Of a stretch of DNA of 64,000 nucleotides, positions 1 to 14,719 are shown one piece after another. The position numbers were made by a program, and so were the translations under genes. Within the stretch, counting starts at the first letter, position 1, and each line of letters starts with the position of its first letter. The notes below the pieces were generated by a model. It searched no databases. It saw nothing but the letters and a program-made list of their open reading frames with translations, and was not told where the DNA came from. Origin of the DNA: the human T2T-CHM13v2.0 reference genome, Homo sapiens; assembly GCF_009914755.1 (NCBI RefSeq), contig NC_060942.1, one strand, 5' to 3'.

Positions 1-1893
1 GGCTTAGTTTCCCCTCTTCGACAGGCCACAGGGGTTGAGACCAAGGTTTCGGGTTATGCACATCCAGAGATGCTTTCCTGCCCCTGGACACCAGCTTCAG
101 ATTTGGCAGTTACAGGTGGAACAGGGCAGAAGAAACAGAAAAGATCTTACTCTTCGACAGCAGAAGAGGAGAGATTCTCTAGTCAAGGAAACTCAAAGGA
201 GAAAGAGGCCTTTTTAAAAATCTATTTCCTTTGGGCCAAGGGGGCCAATCTGTGTCTGAGAAAGGCTGACCCTGCGGCGTCCTTGGACAGCACACGGGAG
301 AAATGCTCCAGGATGGAGGGACAGACAGGGAAGAAACTTTATACCTTTACTTTCAGATGTATTAACCAGTAACAGACAAAGGCAGGGCTGGAAAGAGGCG
401 AAAATACGAGTAAATGTTTACAAGACCAACCCCTGATGTGCTGCGATGAGAAGGGCCTCTCCCTGCGGGAGAAGGTTATCTTCCTCCCGGGAACGATAAC
501 CCTGGGCTAAACCAATCAGAAAACACGCAAGAACCCAAACTGAGGGCACAGAAGTCCCTGCACCAGGACGTCACCAGGACCTGGAGCTTATGGGTTCCAC
601 AAAACACCCGGCCAGTCCTCCTCAGAAGTGTGATGGTCACGAAAACAGAGATGGACCAAGGAGCCATCAGGGACCAGCAGGGACTTGGGAGAAGGACCCG
701 AGCGCAGCACAGGCTCCCAGATGGGCTCCTGGGACAGCAAAGGCGAAATCCCAGGAACAGCTAGACTGCGCCCAAACCCTTCTGTTCAACACACTTCCCA
801 GTTCAAACTTCTGCTGGGCAAAGACACACCATTTTCAATTTAAAGAGGCCCCAAGCAGTCCTCTCGATGCATTTTCTGATGATCAACTGTTTCTTCCCCC
901 TACTTCTAATGTCCCTGGGTGACGGTCTAAGCCATACTGGAAACCATCACGTTCCCTTAGGAGTGACGTTAATTCAGGCTCCGGGAGAGATTTGATTTAC
1001 GACACTAATTACTGGGTTTACTCCTAGGGTGCTTCTCACAGACGGACTCCATCCCACCCGGGCGGCCACCTCGCTCTCCACTGCTCCAGGCAGGCAGGGG
1101 CACAGGGAGGGCTCTTGCAACAGAGACTCCGTTCCCTTGGGAGTCTCAGGACCTCCTGCCCCTTGAGAACAGCATTCAGGTCTCTCTGTCAGTTCCCCAC
1201 TCCCATAATGGTGCACCCATGCTGCCACGTGGACGGGATGCTGGCACGGAGGCCGACGCTCTGCACGCTCACCAGGCTACCAGCATCTGTGAGGCCCACA
1301 AGGACCAAGCCAGGTGGGATGGCGGGGACACCAAAGAGGCTACTTGGCTGGCACGGCCGGACCCAAGTGCTCTATGCAGGTGCCGGGGCCGCGCATCTCC
1401 AGGAGATCTAGTCAAGGAGAAAGGCACTCTGTGGACAGGCTCTCTAGACAGCGTGGCACACAGGACGCAGTGGTGCCTGCCTGCCAAGCCTGGGATGGGT
1501 GTGAGGCAAGACACCCAGTGGGGACACGTGCCTACAGTGGGGGCTGGAAAAGTAGAGAAGGGACCCTGGACATGCACAGGGGCCACGAGGGCCATCCCTG
1601 CTGGGACACGCACAGCTGATGCAACAGGAGACAGGATGACACAGAAGTCCCTCCACCAGGGTATCACCAGGACCTGGAGTCTATGGTGGTGATGCCACGG
1701 GCGGTGAACGTGGGGAGCAAACATGGGAAGGGATGCCCTGGGGCAGGACCCTGGTTCTGCAGCCTCACAGGGAAGGACCACCCAGAGGTGCAGGCAAAGG
1801 GCCCTGGGAGGCAGGGGGGCCCCAGAGAGGCAAAACCCAGGAGACGCTGGCCTCTGGGAAGTAAAATCAGGCAGAGGCAGCCGTGGCCTCGCT

Positions 1894-2053
1894 GAACCTG
1901 CAGCTGACAGCCCCTCTGGGCTGGCAGGAAGTCCTGCGTGTCTCTCGGAACCTGCAGCTCACAGCCCCTCTGGGTTGGCAGGAAGTCCTGCGTGTCTCTC
2001 GGAACCTGCAGCTCACAGCCCCTCTGGGCTGGCAGGAAGTCCTGCGTGTCTCT
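1894..2053. repeat. 54-bp minisatellite, ~3 copies
   Basis: GAACCTGCAGCT(G/C)ACAGCCCCTCTGGG(C/T)TGGCAGGAAGTCCTGCGTGTCTCTCG starting at 1894, 1948 and 2002. Confidence 0.95.
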
Positions 2054-2956
2054 TGTCCCAGAGAGGAAATGATTTGGGCAAACGCTCTGCCCTGAGATCT
2101 CTCTCGCCCTAACTAGATATTAAGCACACCTCGGGGGCAGTGCTGGAATTACAGCATCCACAGGTGCTGGGCTTTCCTGGAGGCTGCAAGTAAGTGCTCA
2201 GTCAAGGAGGGGACAAGGCTTCGGAGGCTGGTGGTGGGGAGGTCCAAACCAGAGGGGAGTCCCTGCTGCTCCTTCCTAACTGGGATCTTGAGAAAGACAA
2301 CAGCCCCAGCCCACTCAAAGGCTACACCTCAAAAACATGTTGCAATCTACATGGGCTGCCTCATTTTCAAAGCAGAAGTTTAGCAATTTCCTGCATTTGC
2401 AGGCATGTTCAAACTGTAAGCCCGTTCGATTCCTGAGTTATTTTTACCAAATAAATTCAAGTCCAGTTATCGAATAACTACATGCATCCCATCCCGCTCA
2501 GGGCAGCTACATATAAGTAATAAACGAAGGACAGAAATGAGTGCTTCAACTATCTGCTGACTGCTAACTCCCACTGTCATCCCAGGCAGCCTTGCAAGCA
2601 AAGAGTAGCTGCGGCGCATTCCAGACCTCCCTACGGACAGCACGCGACGGACGGCCTTGCGGGACTCCCTGCAGCAGCCAACACACCCCAGCCAGCCCGT
2701 GCCTATTCTGTGAACTGACCACTTCAGGCCACTCAAGGCATCCCAGGAGATTCTCTGGCTCTGATGGATCAAAAAGGTTCAGAAATAGAGAACTTCTGCT
2801 CTCTATGTATACAGAAATGTGTTTTTTATGTTTATCTGAAATTAGAGATATCAAAATTAGGATTGGCAGTGTCCTACAATACTTGTGATTTGGAGCAGCC
2901 CCGTGCTCTTTTAGTAAGAAAAACAATCACACTCGCTCTCTGGACAATTTAAAGTC

Positions 2957-3449
<493 letters not shown>

Positions 3450-4449
3450 AAAACTGTCACTTGAGAAGAGTAACTTAAAATGCTGAGCCATCTTCCCCAT
3501 CAGTTCCTTGTTTAGTCCTCAAAGAGTGTTTGTTGCCAGGACTTTATTTATCACTCCATTGTATATTATATGTCCTTCAACAATGGAAGGTCCTGAACCA
3601 CTAAACCACACTGCTACAAAGAAGCACTTGGGGAGAGCCTCCAGGTCTGAAGAGTTCTAATGTCTCCAACTTCCCAGCCCTATTTTAAAGGCATTTAATG
3701 TTCATTCTTGAATAGTTTTGGTTTTTGTAATGAAGTCATGATGTTTCTACATGTTTAGCTCTGTACGCCTGAATATAAATAACCGAGGTAGTCAAATCAG
3801 GGTGTGCGAATGTTCCCTTTACTGGAAGAAAGTTTTTGCCTTCTCCCAGCAAAATATAAAATTAGTCAACTGTGCAGTGTGGTGAAATCACCAGTCCAAA
3901 ATTACACCCCAAACATATGATTATTAAGGATTTGCAGTCCTATTTTTTATATTACTAAAAAAGCCACACTCATTATATCTTTATATTTAGAGGGCTTTTT
4001 AAAAATAAGTTTTAATAAATATCTCTGAATGTATACATTCCACAAAATGGACAGTTAAAAGAAGGCACTCATGATTTTAGGTTACATATTTTCCTTTCTA
4101 CATTGAAATAACCAAAGACCTAATAATAGTTTCCACTACTGCATTCAAGATAAAAGAGCTTTCTTTCAGTGTAAGAAGAAATTAAAAATTACCGGGTTGG
4201 GATAAGGGAGGAGACTCACTTTTTAGATTAAAGAAAGTATGGTAACTTTAGTCTTCTGACCAAAAAGTTTAATATTTTTAAAAATATAATTTAATGTTGG
4301 GATTAAATCAAAACTTCATTTTCTATTTTTATCTTCTTCCGTTAGAAAGTCCTGGAATCTGAAAGGTTAAACCACTGTACTCAGAAAAGCAGACAGAGCT
4401 GCCTCATGTGTCTTTCAACTAATATTCATTAATTATAAAAAACCAATAC

Positions 4450-4530
4450 AGGCACTGAACTGTACACTTAAAAAATAGCTAAAATGGTAAACTTTATGTT
4501 ACATATATTTTATCACAATAAAAAACACAA
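4450..4530 (+). mobile_element. Old L1 (L1M) 3' end fragment
   Basis: CACTGAACTGTACACTTAAAAA...TTTTATCACAATAAAAAA. Confidence 0.7.
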
Positions 4531-5379
4531 AACAAAAAGTATAGGTTTTAAATGCTCAAAATCATTTGAAATGTTTTAAAATTGTACTCAGGAAATCATT
4601 ACAAAATACAAATGAGATAATATTTATAAGGCATTGTTAAGTAAATAATCTACTGTTAAAACTGCATGAAATATGTTCATCTTTAAATGGTATTATCCCA
4701 AATAAGGATGTCAGAGGTCATCACCAGAATCCATAAACTGTTTAAAAACAAAACAAACCAAAACACATTTTTCTAGATGAGAGAGCCAGTTTTCACGTTC
4801 TCAGATTTGGAACCGCCCATTGGTGGATTACCCGGCTTTGACAATTCACGTTAACTGCTGAGTTATCTGAGCCAACCAATGTGCAGTTTCCCTTTGCTTG
4901 GCGTTTTCCCCCCAACTTTTAACTTAGATCTGGAACAAATCACAAGTGGTCAGGATACAATTCTAATTCATATATATATAGAAAAGTTCCATGAAGGGAA
5001 CATTTCTACCCAACACAAGTATGCTTTAACAGAGCTACTCTTTCTGCACTAACTGCTTAAGAAATTCCAAGCTGAAGTGATCTTACATGCAACATTTAGC
5101 GGACACTGCACTGTTCTGATCCAAGGAGCCCTTATATCAATGAGCTTTGGAATGGTCTGCTTCTTCCTGACTGGAAATTCCATACGAACCCTCTTCTGTG
5201 CTCTCTGGTTTATTCTGAGAATTTTACTCCATTTGATTTTTGTTACAAACATTTAACGACCACCCTTGGCCAAAAGCACTGAAGTTCTACCCTAATTCAT
5301 TAAGGACTTCTTATCTATGATTTTCTATAAATCCCTACATACTGTAAGGCTTGCCCTGCACTTAAAAACAGTGCCACAA

Positions 5380-5580
5380 GGCTGGGCGCGGTGGCTACCG
5401 CCTGTAATCCCAGCACTTTGGGAGGTCGAGGCGGGCGGATCACCAGGTCAGGAGATCAAGACCATCCTGGCTAACACAGGGAAACCCCGTCTCTACTAAA
5501 AAATACAACAAAAATTAGCCTGGCATGGTGGCAGGCGCCCGTAGTCCCAGCTACTCGGGAGCCTGAGAAAAAGAAAAAAG
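5380..5580 (+). mobile_element. AluY-like element lacking most of the right arm, with TSD
   Basis: Alu up to GCCTGAG, then an A-rich tail; TSD AAAAACAGT(G/T)CCACAA at 5364 and 5581. Confidence 0.9.
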
Positions 5581-6059
5581 AAAAACAGTTCCACAAAAAC
5601 CTGATTTTTTAAATTTCTTTTCTATTCCTTTCTCCTTCCTAGGCAGTTTTCTTTCTTCAAAGATATTTTTGTAAGTGGATTAATTTTTTAAAAACACCTT
5701 TCAGATACTTTCTTTTACCTACATCAAAAATATGATTTACAGTATTCCTCACCAATCTGTTGGGCAGAAGAAACAAGAAACACAGATAAAGATGGTATTA
5801 TGAAAAACTTGTCAGGAATAATTCTAAAAGTATGCATATCTGGCATATCCGTTCAGATGATTACCATACTTACTGAGCAAACCCTCCACATCCTCCACAC
5901 GGAAAAAAAAAAAAAGACATATTATTTCAGGGACTTTTCTGCCTTACTTTCTTCCCGAAAAAGGTGACAGAATGGATTGCTGCAGCTCTTGAATCACCTC
6001 TAACACCTGGCAAGAGAGGGCAGCGACCCCAGACACGGACTGATTCCTGGGCCAACTCT

Positions 6060-6190
6060 CATTTCTCTGGTCAGACATGTGGCCTTAGATGGGTCATTCT
6101 CTTCTTTGGCCCTCGTTTTTCCCATCTGTGAAATGTGTCATTTGTAATGGACAAATTGGGAGGCCTTTTCCAGTTCAGAAGTTCTCTGAC
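6060..6190 (+). mobile_element. MIR fragment
   Basis: CCTCGTTTTTCCCATCTGTGAAATG resembles the MIR core. Confidence 0.5.
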
Positions 6191-6987
6191 CTGCGGTGGG
6201 CCCATGTGAACAGCATTTCTGGTGTCCAGAGGCCACCACTGGTGGAAACACTCCACACACGACAGCTGGGCCTCAGCCAGGCACCAGTCGGGGCCTCACT
6301 AGATCCCGTCACGCTAGATCCTGTCACATCGCTGAACGGGAGATCCCAGAATTGGAGCCGACTTCCCCCAGGAGCCGGGTCCAGCATGCAGTCATGCTGC
6401 CAGTCCGTGGAGGCTAAACACCCTAAGATCCCTATCTTACTGCAGGTGTCCCCAAGACACCCACAGCAGATGGAAGCTGTTCTGGGACTCCGGCCCCACC
6501 CAAACTGTCTACCCTGGATGTCTCATTCCAGGACATCACGCCCACTAGGACTGTGTCCCTGCAGGGTCCTACCCAGGATACAACAGCTGCCCTGCACCCT
6601 CCCTCCCTCTCAATGCATCCAGTGGGTGGACCAAGTCTTACAGACTCTAGACCTTCCAGCATGAACCAAGTCAGAATCACGGCACTCTGCTCCAGTTTCT
6701 CAGTCACAAATCTAGCCCAGAGCTCCATCCTCTTCCTGTTCTGAACCATCAAACCATCTTCCCTTCAGAAACCTCCTGCCGGTCCCTTGGTCAGCGTCCC
6801 TGGCCTGTGACGCTTCCTCCCTGCTGCAGATTGGCTGAGGGACCCTCCACAACATCTCTTCCCATTGCCCTTGGGACGGAGTCCATATTCCTCAAGACAA
6901 TTCACAGTCAAGATGATGTGGTCTTTAACGGCTTCTCAAACATCAGCTCTTGGCTACCACCCAGACACCCCTGCCATCCCTGACAGG

Positions 6988-7202
6988 CATGTGCACAGAC
7001 ACTTGCACATGTGTGTGTGCATTTGCATAGGCTCACTACACGGGCACACTTGCAAACGTGCACCTATACACAGGCGCACTTACACGTGTGTATATTCACA
7101 TATGCATGTATGTGTGTATATACACGTACACTCAGGCACACTTACACACATATGCACTTGCGACACGTGCGCTCACACGCATGAACACACAGGTGTATGC
7201 AC
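6988..7202. repeat. Degenerate (CA/TG/TA)n simple repeat
   Basis: Alternating purine-pyrimidine tract. Confidence 0.85.
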
Positions 7203-8164
7203 CTCTGGCTTCAGCAATATGAAATTTCCTTAGCTCTCCTGGGCTCTGACCCACTTTTCTGCTGCTTGGATTCTCACCTAGCTCAGGCTAGCTCCTCCAT
7301 AAGGACGAGTGTCCTCACCAGAGTCCTTTAAGAGCAACCTGGAAAGGTCATCCGGTCAAACAGGATGGCTCCAAATGAAGGCCTCACAGGCAGAAAAAGC
7401 AATAATAAAATCCGGCAATGATCACTAAATCCAGTAAGCAAGGAAATAAATATAAATAGAATTACATCCAAATAACTGTGATCTACACATAAAATAAACA
7501 TGCGATCCTTACCTGTCTTGAAATAAAAACTATGTCATGTAAAAATTAAAAATTAACACTAATAGACTAAAAAACAACAGCCAAAAAAGGAATGACAATA
7601 GCAATGTGGGGAGAGGGAGGAGATGGGGAAAGAAGAGGAAGGTAATAGAAGTGTTCTAACTTCTTTCCCAAAGGGGAAGTCAAATTGTATTACTACTGAT
7701 GTTGATACATTAATACAGCTTTAAGAAAACATTATAAATACCGCCACTAGTGGAAGCAAAAGCATTATATGCTTTCTATATGCTTTCTGATTTTAATAAT
7801 TAAAGGACAAGAAATATAATTCATATTCCAATAAAGAGAAAAGAAGAAAAAGCGAGGAAGCACAAAAGTTTTTTTTTTCTTTAATTAGGAAAGAAGACCA
7901 AGTAAGTCAGTTTCAGAAATAAATATTAATGGAATAAACTCACTTATTTAAAAAAAGACTCCATGATAGGGTTAAAAATTAAATTGACTATTTGCTCTCT
8001 GCAAAAAAAAAAAAAAAAACAAAACACCTATGACTGAGGAACTCGGAAAAGCTGGACACGTAGAGAAAAATATATCAGAAAAGTACAAACAAAAGCAACA
8101 TGGAAAAAATATACCATTAAAAGTTTAATGTGTGGTCAAAAAAGGCAATTAAACAAAAGTAGTT

Positions 8165-8697
<533 letters not shown>

Positions 8698-11600
8698 TGT
8701 AGTTATATTACAGTTTTAAGTCAAATAACACAGAATAACACAAACACAGAATAAAATGCATTTAGAAACAGCTACAGTGAATACCTGAAAAGACAAACAG
8801 AGAAAAATGATCTGGAAGAATTGGCAAATCTCTCGTAAGCATGGCAGATTAAGTAAGCAAAAGTAGTAAGAAACAGACAGCTTGAAAAATAAAGTAAGGC
8901 TTATCTAATATATGAGTATCACACTCCACAATTTGCTATTTTGCTAAATTGGCAATAGAACATCAAATGCCTCCATATTAACCACAAGGAAGGCTCTAAA
9001 AGTTCCATAAATTCAAAACAGTACAGGTCCCAGGAGCTCCATAATACAGTACCATGACACTAAAAATTAACAAGCAAAAACAAAAACAACACTCATAGAA
9101 GTTCAGCCATTTGGAAAATTCTAAACTCTCTGTAACAACTCCTGAAACAAAGAAGAAATCAAAGTGAAACTGCAAACTCTCTTCAAAGTACCAGTGTCAA
9201 AATTTATGGTACACAAGAAAGCTAAAATAAAATTCAATTACTTGCTACAATAATTAAAAATATTCAATTCAACCAGTAACAAAAATATAATAAAACCCTT
9301 AAATTTGAATTTTAAAGAGTAACAATAAATAAGAAAAACTACAGTAAAACTGATACACAAAATCAGTAATTGGCTCTATGATAACCCCAATGAATGAGAT
9401 AAATAACTAGCTGGCCTAATCAAGAAGAAAAAAGAGGTTGGGAGGAATTAGGTCTAATAACCACAGACAGAAGGAAAATTTTAAAAAATCATACAATGTT
9501 TTTCAAACTCTAGGTTAATACACTTGTTAATATGGATGAAAAATATAATTTTCTAATAAAATCTAACTGTCCAAAATTCACTCAGGGACAAAAAAAGTAA
9601 ACAGACCAATATTTAAGCAAGAAACCAGAGCTCTCTCCTCCACCTACCCAAATGTGAGAGATGAGTCAAGTCCACACCTGAAATCTTTCACACATTTTAA
9701 GAAACAACTCATATATAGGCTACCTGAATGTTTCTGTATCTGGAAAACATATGTGACGGAAGATACAAAACAAGTTACCCAAAGAGATATTTGTAACTCA
9801 TCAGCAAAAGACTATTATCCCCAATAAACAAAATGTTCTTATAAATCAACAAATCATGAATAACTTCACTGGATAATGTGACGAAGTAACAGGTGATTCA
9901 CAAGAGAGATAAAATGAGCAATAAACATTAAGAAATCCTCATAATCACTTACGATTTTTAAATGCAATGGTATTTTCCTCTATTAAGTTGGCCAAGACTT
10001 AAACGACTGATAATATCAAGCACTGACAAAGAGAAAGCACTGAGTTTTGCAGGGAACGTAAAATGGTACTTTATCTTTGTTGGTAAATTTGGCAGTATCT
10101 GTCAATTAAAATGCCCCTCCATCCCCAAAATTCCACCTCGGGGAACTTATCCTAGAGAAATATTCCCACAAGTGCACAAACTCGTATATTAGTAAAGTTC
10201 CCTGCACGCTAAGAGAAAGCTGATAGCAGCCCAAATGTCCAACAGGAGACAGGACAAAGAAAGGCGGCTCCACAGGGCAGCAGCCAGCTGGCACACACGG
10301 GCACCTCCTGCTGGCTGCTCACAGACCAAATCTGTGCCAGTGGGTCCATGCTCTGGCCACACTGGGCACTGGGCATCTGGAAATCACTGAGGGTGTGTAC
10401 ACACAACAGCACCCTACACATGCCTTAAAGCAAATACACTGAAATGTTACGCAAAATTAAAAAAAAATTAGTTGCAGAAAAACTCACAGAACATTGTACC
10501 ATTTTAAATTCTTTAAAATGCATATATTTAAAGATCTTACTACATTCACCAAGCGAATGTATTTAAATGCCTAATACAGTGACTGGCATAGAGCAGGCGC
10601 TCAATAGTAGCTTCCATAAAATAAACTTACTCTCATGTTGTGAAACGTCTCACACACTTTTTCCTCAAAATGCAATTTCCTCTTTCGACTGTAAATATCT
10701 CGATGGCCAAGATGATGAAGACTTTGTCGTGTATAAACTATGCACTTTGTACTATTATCTGAAAAGAAATGGTTTAATTTGGGCAAGGAGAATGTTGCCC
10801 TAAGTATTTGGCTCTAACTAAATTACCCACACAAATTTGTGGCTGGAAAACCAAGTAATGAGTTATCTGCAGTGAGTTCCACAACCATCATCTCCTTTTA
10901 TAGTATGAAAAGAAAGGTGCTAAATGTTCACACCATTTTGTGAAAAATCACCGTATATGTCTTAAAAGCAAAGTGTCTCTGTCTATCTTGATCCCCTTAT
11001 ACAAGATAAACAAAGAGTAAAGCCTTCAGTGCCAGTTGTCAATGTTTTATTCTGGTTCAGTAATTAAAATGGGTAGCTTCATATTAATTCCCTGGAAGAA
11101 TGACATTCAGATCAATTCACTTCCCAGCAAAAAAAGTGTCCACATCCAGGAGTTGCAGGACAGGGAATAGGATTGTTCTCAGCTACTGCAATTCCTCTCA
11201 TTTAAAAGTAGGACACAGTGTACATTCTAAGCTCCAACTTCAGACATCTTAAAGCATATTAAACAGTGGTCAAATGAATATGAAAGAAATTCTGCCAAGC
11301 GATTAAACGTAAGCTTGTAGTTTTGTGTCAGTTTTCCACTAACCTCCAAAACCAGTCATGGTTTGTCTAAGAAAGGGATGTTTTAATCAGAACACCTTCA
11401 TTTATTGTAATACTGAGGTCCCACCTGACTAGGTGAACCGTAGGCAACTGAACAACTATAAATTTCACATGACTGGATAGAAACAGCCTAAGCTCTTGAG
11501 CCCCCCAGATGTATGCCGGTGCGGGGTGACTTGCTACGGAGGCTTAAATCACTTTCAAGAGAAGAACCCACAGATGAAATTGCACTTGTGGAGACTCAGG

Positions 11601-11732
11601 TGGATTTGCAAAACTCTGAAAAGAATTTTGGGCTGGTCCACTAACAAACAGTCGTCCTAAAAGTAAAGGTCTACATTTTCCCTTTATGCAGAAATATTCG
11701 TTTGCCTACATTTCCGTATGTCCAAAGCACTG

Positions 11733-11795
11733 TTTTTGCTGAGTCACTGGAACAGAAAAAAGATAAAACAGCACTTTTTATCCCAGCTGAGTCAT
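11733..11795 (-). promoter_or_regulatory. Tandem ARE/MARE (NF-E2/NRF2/AP-1) sites flanking a GATA site
   Basis: TGCTGAGTCAC 11737-11747, AGATAA 11761-11766, GCTGAGTCAT 11786-11795. Confidence 0.5.
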
Positions 11796-12478
11796 ATCGT
11801 TTGGACTTTGTAATTCTACTTGAATGCTAGTCGATCTTACGTTCAAAAGTCTGGTAAGTTTTCTGAACACTGATACTGCAATTCCACAAGTCAGACAGGA
11901 AACAGAATTCTAGTTTGTTTCAATATCATCTGACCTATCAAAAGAAGCATTTCAGTGACTAATATAGCAAGCACGAAAACTGACCCTCCGTGAAAGTAAT
12001 AAACTTGCTGCTCTGAACATCAGATCCATAAGCAGGAGTAACAGGTAACCTGAAGTGTCACCTCCAAGAACGGGACCCAGCCCCACAATGAGGAAGCAAT
12101 TTAACTCTGCCTTAGCCTTGAAAATGTGACAAAACTGAGTTGGACAGCAGTCTTGAGACACATGGGACAAAAGGCGAGATTCGTTCTGTCCGGGGAAAAA
12201 CAAGGTCAGGTTTTTGTGCTTTCTTTGTGGCACTTTTAAATACACCAACAAAATGTGATTCTCTTGCAATTTTATACTTTAAATCCCCTACATTTTCCCT
12301 TCCACTTGGCTTCCAAACCACCCCACACATTCTCAAGCACTCACAAAATGACCCACTGTAAAGGGTTCCTTTTTATCTCACTGTAATTCCCAATAGCATG
12401 GGAATAAGACACAAACAACACAAAAAAACCTGCTGAAACGAAGGAATGCAAACTCATTACACTGCATTTAATTCTCAT

Positions 12479-12520
12479 CTCCTTTAAGAAGATGCTTTAA
12501 GAAGCATCTTCTTAAAGGAG
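12479..12520. repeat. Perfect 19-bp inverted repeat with a 4-nt spacer
   Basis: CTCCTTTAAGAAGATGCTT-TAAG-AAGCATCTTCTTAAAGGAG. Confidence 0.97.
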
Positions 12521-13409
12521 TTTGGTTTGCTTTGAGTTACTTCACTCTTCCTTCTGAGAAACAGCTTTTCTGAACCAGTATTGTTATCCATTTTTTAATT
12601 ATTATATGTAAATGACCTACTTAAAAACAGCTGATGAAATACACTTTGTTCCAGATCTATTCTGAAGGGAAAAGGAGGTTATCTTTCCCACGAATGGATC
12701 TCCTAAGTGAAAAGCCCCTAACTTAAAGTGTTTTTGTAAACTCTGGTGGAGAGCAGAAAGTGTACTAACTTCTACTCCAACAACTATATTTCAGATTTTC
12801 AGGACAAATGAGAGAGTGACAGATTCATAAAGAGAGTGACAAATTCATCGATGAAGACTGCGGAGAGGAGAGGTATGTAAAACCATCATCTCAATAAAAT
12901 ATTCATTCTTCAACAGGAAGGGCATTTGTTGCTATTCTACCAGTACAATAATGATGTATGAAATAAATCAACTTTGTCTGGGGTTTTCACTCCAGGTATT
13001 CCTCAACCCTAAGCAAAGTTAAGAGTTTCTAGGTTTTGTAAACTTGTTTATATTGAGAGGTTGGCAAAACTAAAATGCAGCAAATTATGAAAAAAAAGGT
13101 TTAAGGTTTAATATACAATACAAATAACATCTACCTAAATGAATTATATCACAATTATCTCTTTTCTAAAATAAACAATTTTTTAATCTACAAAAAATAG
13201 GAATAACAAATCCCTTACAGTTTATAGGCTGAATGTAAAATTATTATTAGATGACATAGAGAATATATATACATTCATGATCCAAAACTTCAAAAGCAGA
13301 AAAACTTTTTCTAGCAAAGCAGAAAAATGAGTGCATTTCAAACACACTTTCAGTACACTCTCAGTTCTGTATCAAAGTTTATTAAAATGCTTACATTTGC
13401 AGCTTTTCA

Positions 13410-13778
<369 letters not shown>

Positions 13779-14719
13779 TCATCATCAGGATACCTCAGTC
13801 TGTCCACCAAGTCCATTGGTGCGATCTTAAGAGTCACATGACTTCGGGATGTTTGAATAAAAGGGGCCTTGACTTGGACCTACAGGGCAGGTAAAATGGT
13901 CAACAGTCGTTCCAGCTCTTGCTGCTAAAGAACAGAACGTCCCTGTGAACACGGGCCACATTCTCTCAGCAAACCACAACAGAAATTGTTCGGGAAAAGA
14001 ATAAACTCAATCCATCATGATTTCCTTCTGTTTTCTGAAATTCTCCCGGCAAGTCAGTCTGCATCTACAATTCTGCCTGCTCTGTGAGTGATCCTTTGCA
14101 CAGGGTTCCAGCTCCCCATTGTCCAAAGGTGTCCCTGGGGCACGGTCCTCTCCTAACCCCTGGGGCAGGCTGGCTTCCCCTTTCATCCCACAGATGGAGG
14201 GAAGACGCACAGGCGTTCGTAACGGGCCAGAAGTCACACCACATGTGGAACTAGATTCACAGCCACACCAAGATTCCTTCCTGCAGACCCACAATGCTGA
14301 AGCTAATAAATCTGAGTTATCAAATGCTGCACCAGTGGAGACCTGGGTGCAGGGAACATGGGAAATACCAATACAGGGGCCCTCTGTTGCAAGAGTGTGC
14401 AGAGGGGCAGACATTGGCAGGGTCAGGCCCTTGGCCTCCTGGCTGCCCTGTGGTCTCCCGAAGAGACGCCTCCCCTCCACACCCAGGACCCTGACACTTC
14501 ACCACTGTGGCACTTGGGACAGGGCCTGAGGTTATTAAAAAAGAGCCCTTTCCCCTTAAACTGCTGGGATCCCCCAGAGACAGTTTTAAAGCAATGTACC
14601 TTCCCCCTTAGTGTCCTGGTTTGAAAACAAATAGCAGAAATCAGAAACAGAGGAACCTGCCTGGAGATTTCTAACTCAACCCTGGCACCAGGCGGCGGTT
14701 TGTGGCGGGGCGCCCCTAG

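Noticed and set aside
1894-2053. Direct repeats resembling a CRISPR array (also 56468-56566)
   Set aside because: Contiguous units with no unique spacers, eukaryotic context, no cas genes.
6089-6664. 191-aa ORF with an ATG start
   Set aside because: Begins in a MIR-like remnant, is antisense in an intron, and has no recognisable homology or exon signals.
12811-12848. 20-bp tandem duplications (also 49766-49805, and a 15-bp one near 6299)
   Set aside because: Ordinary slippage duplications with no sign of function.
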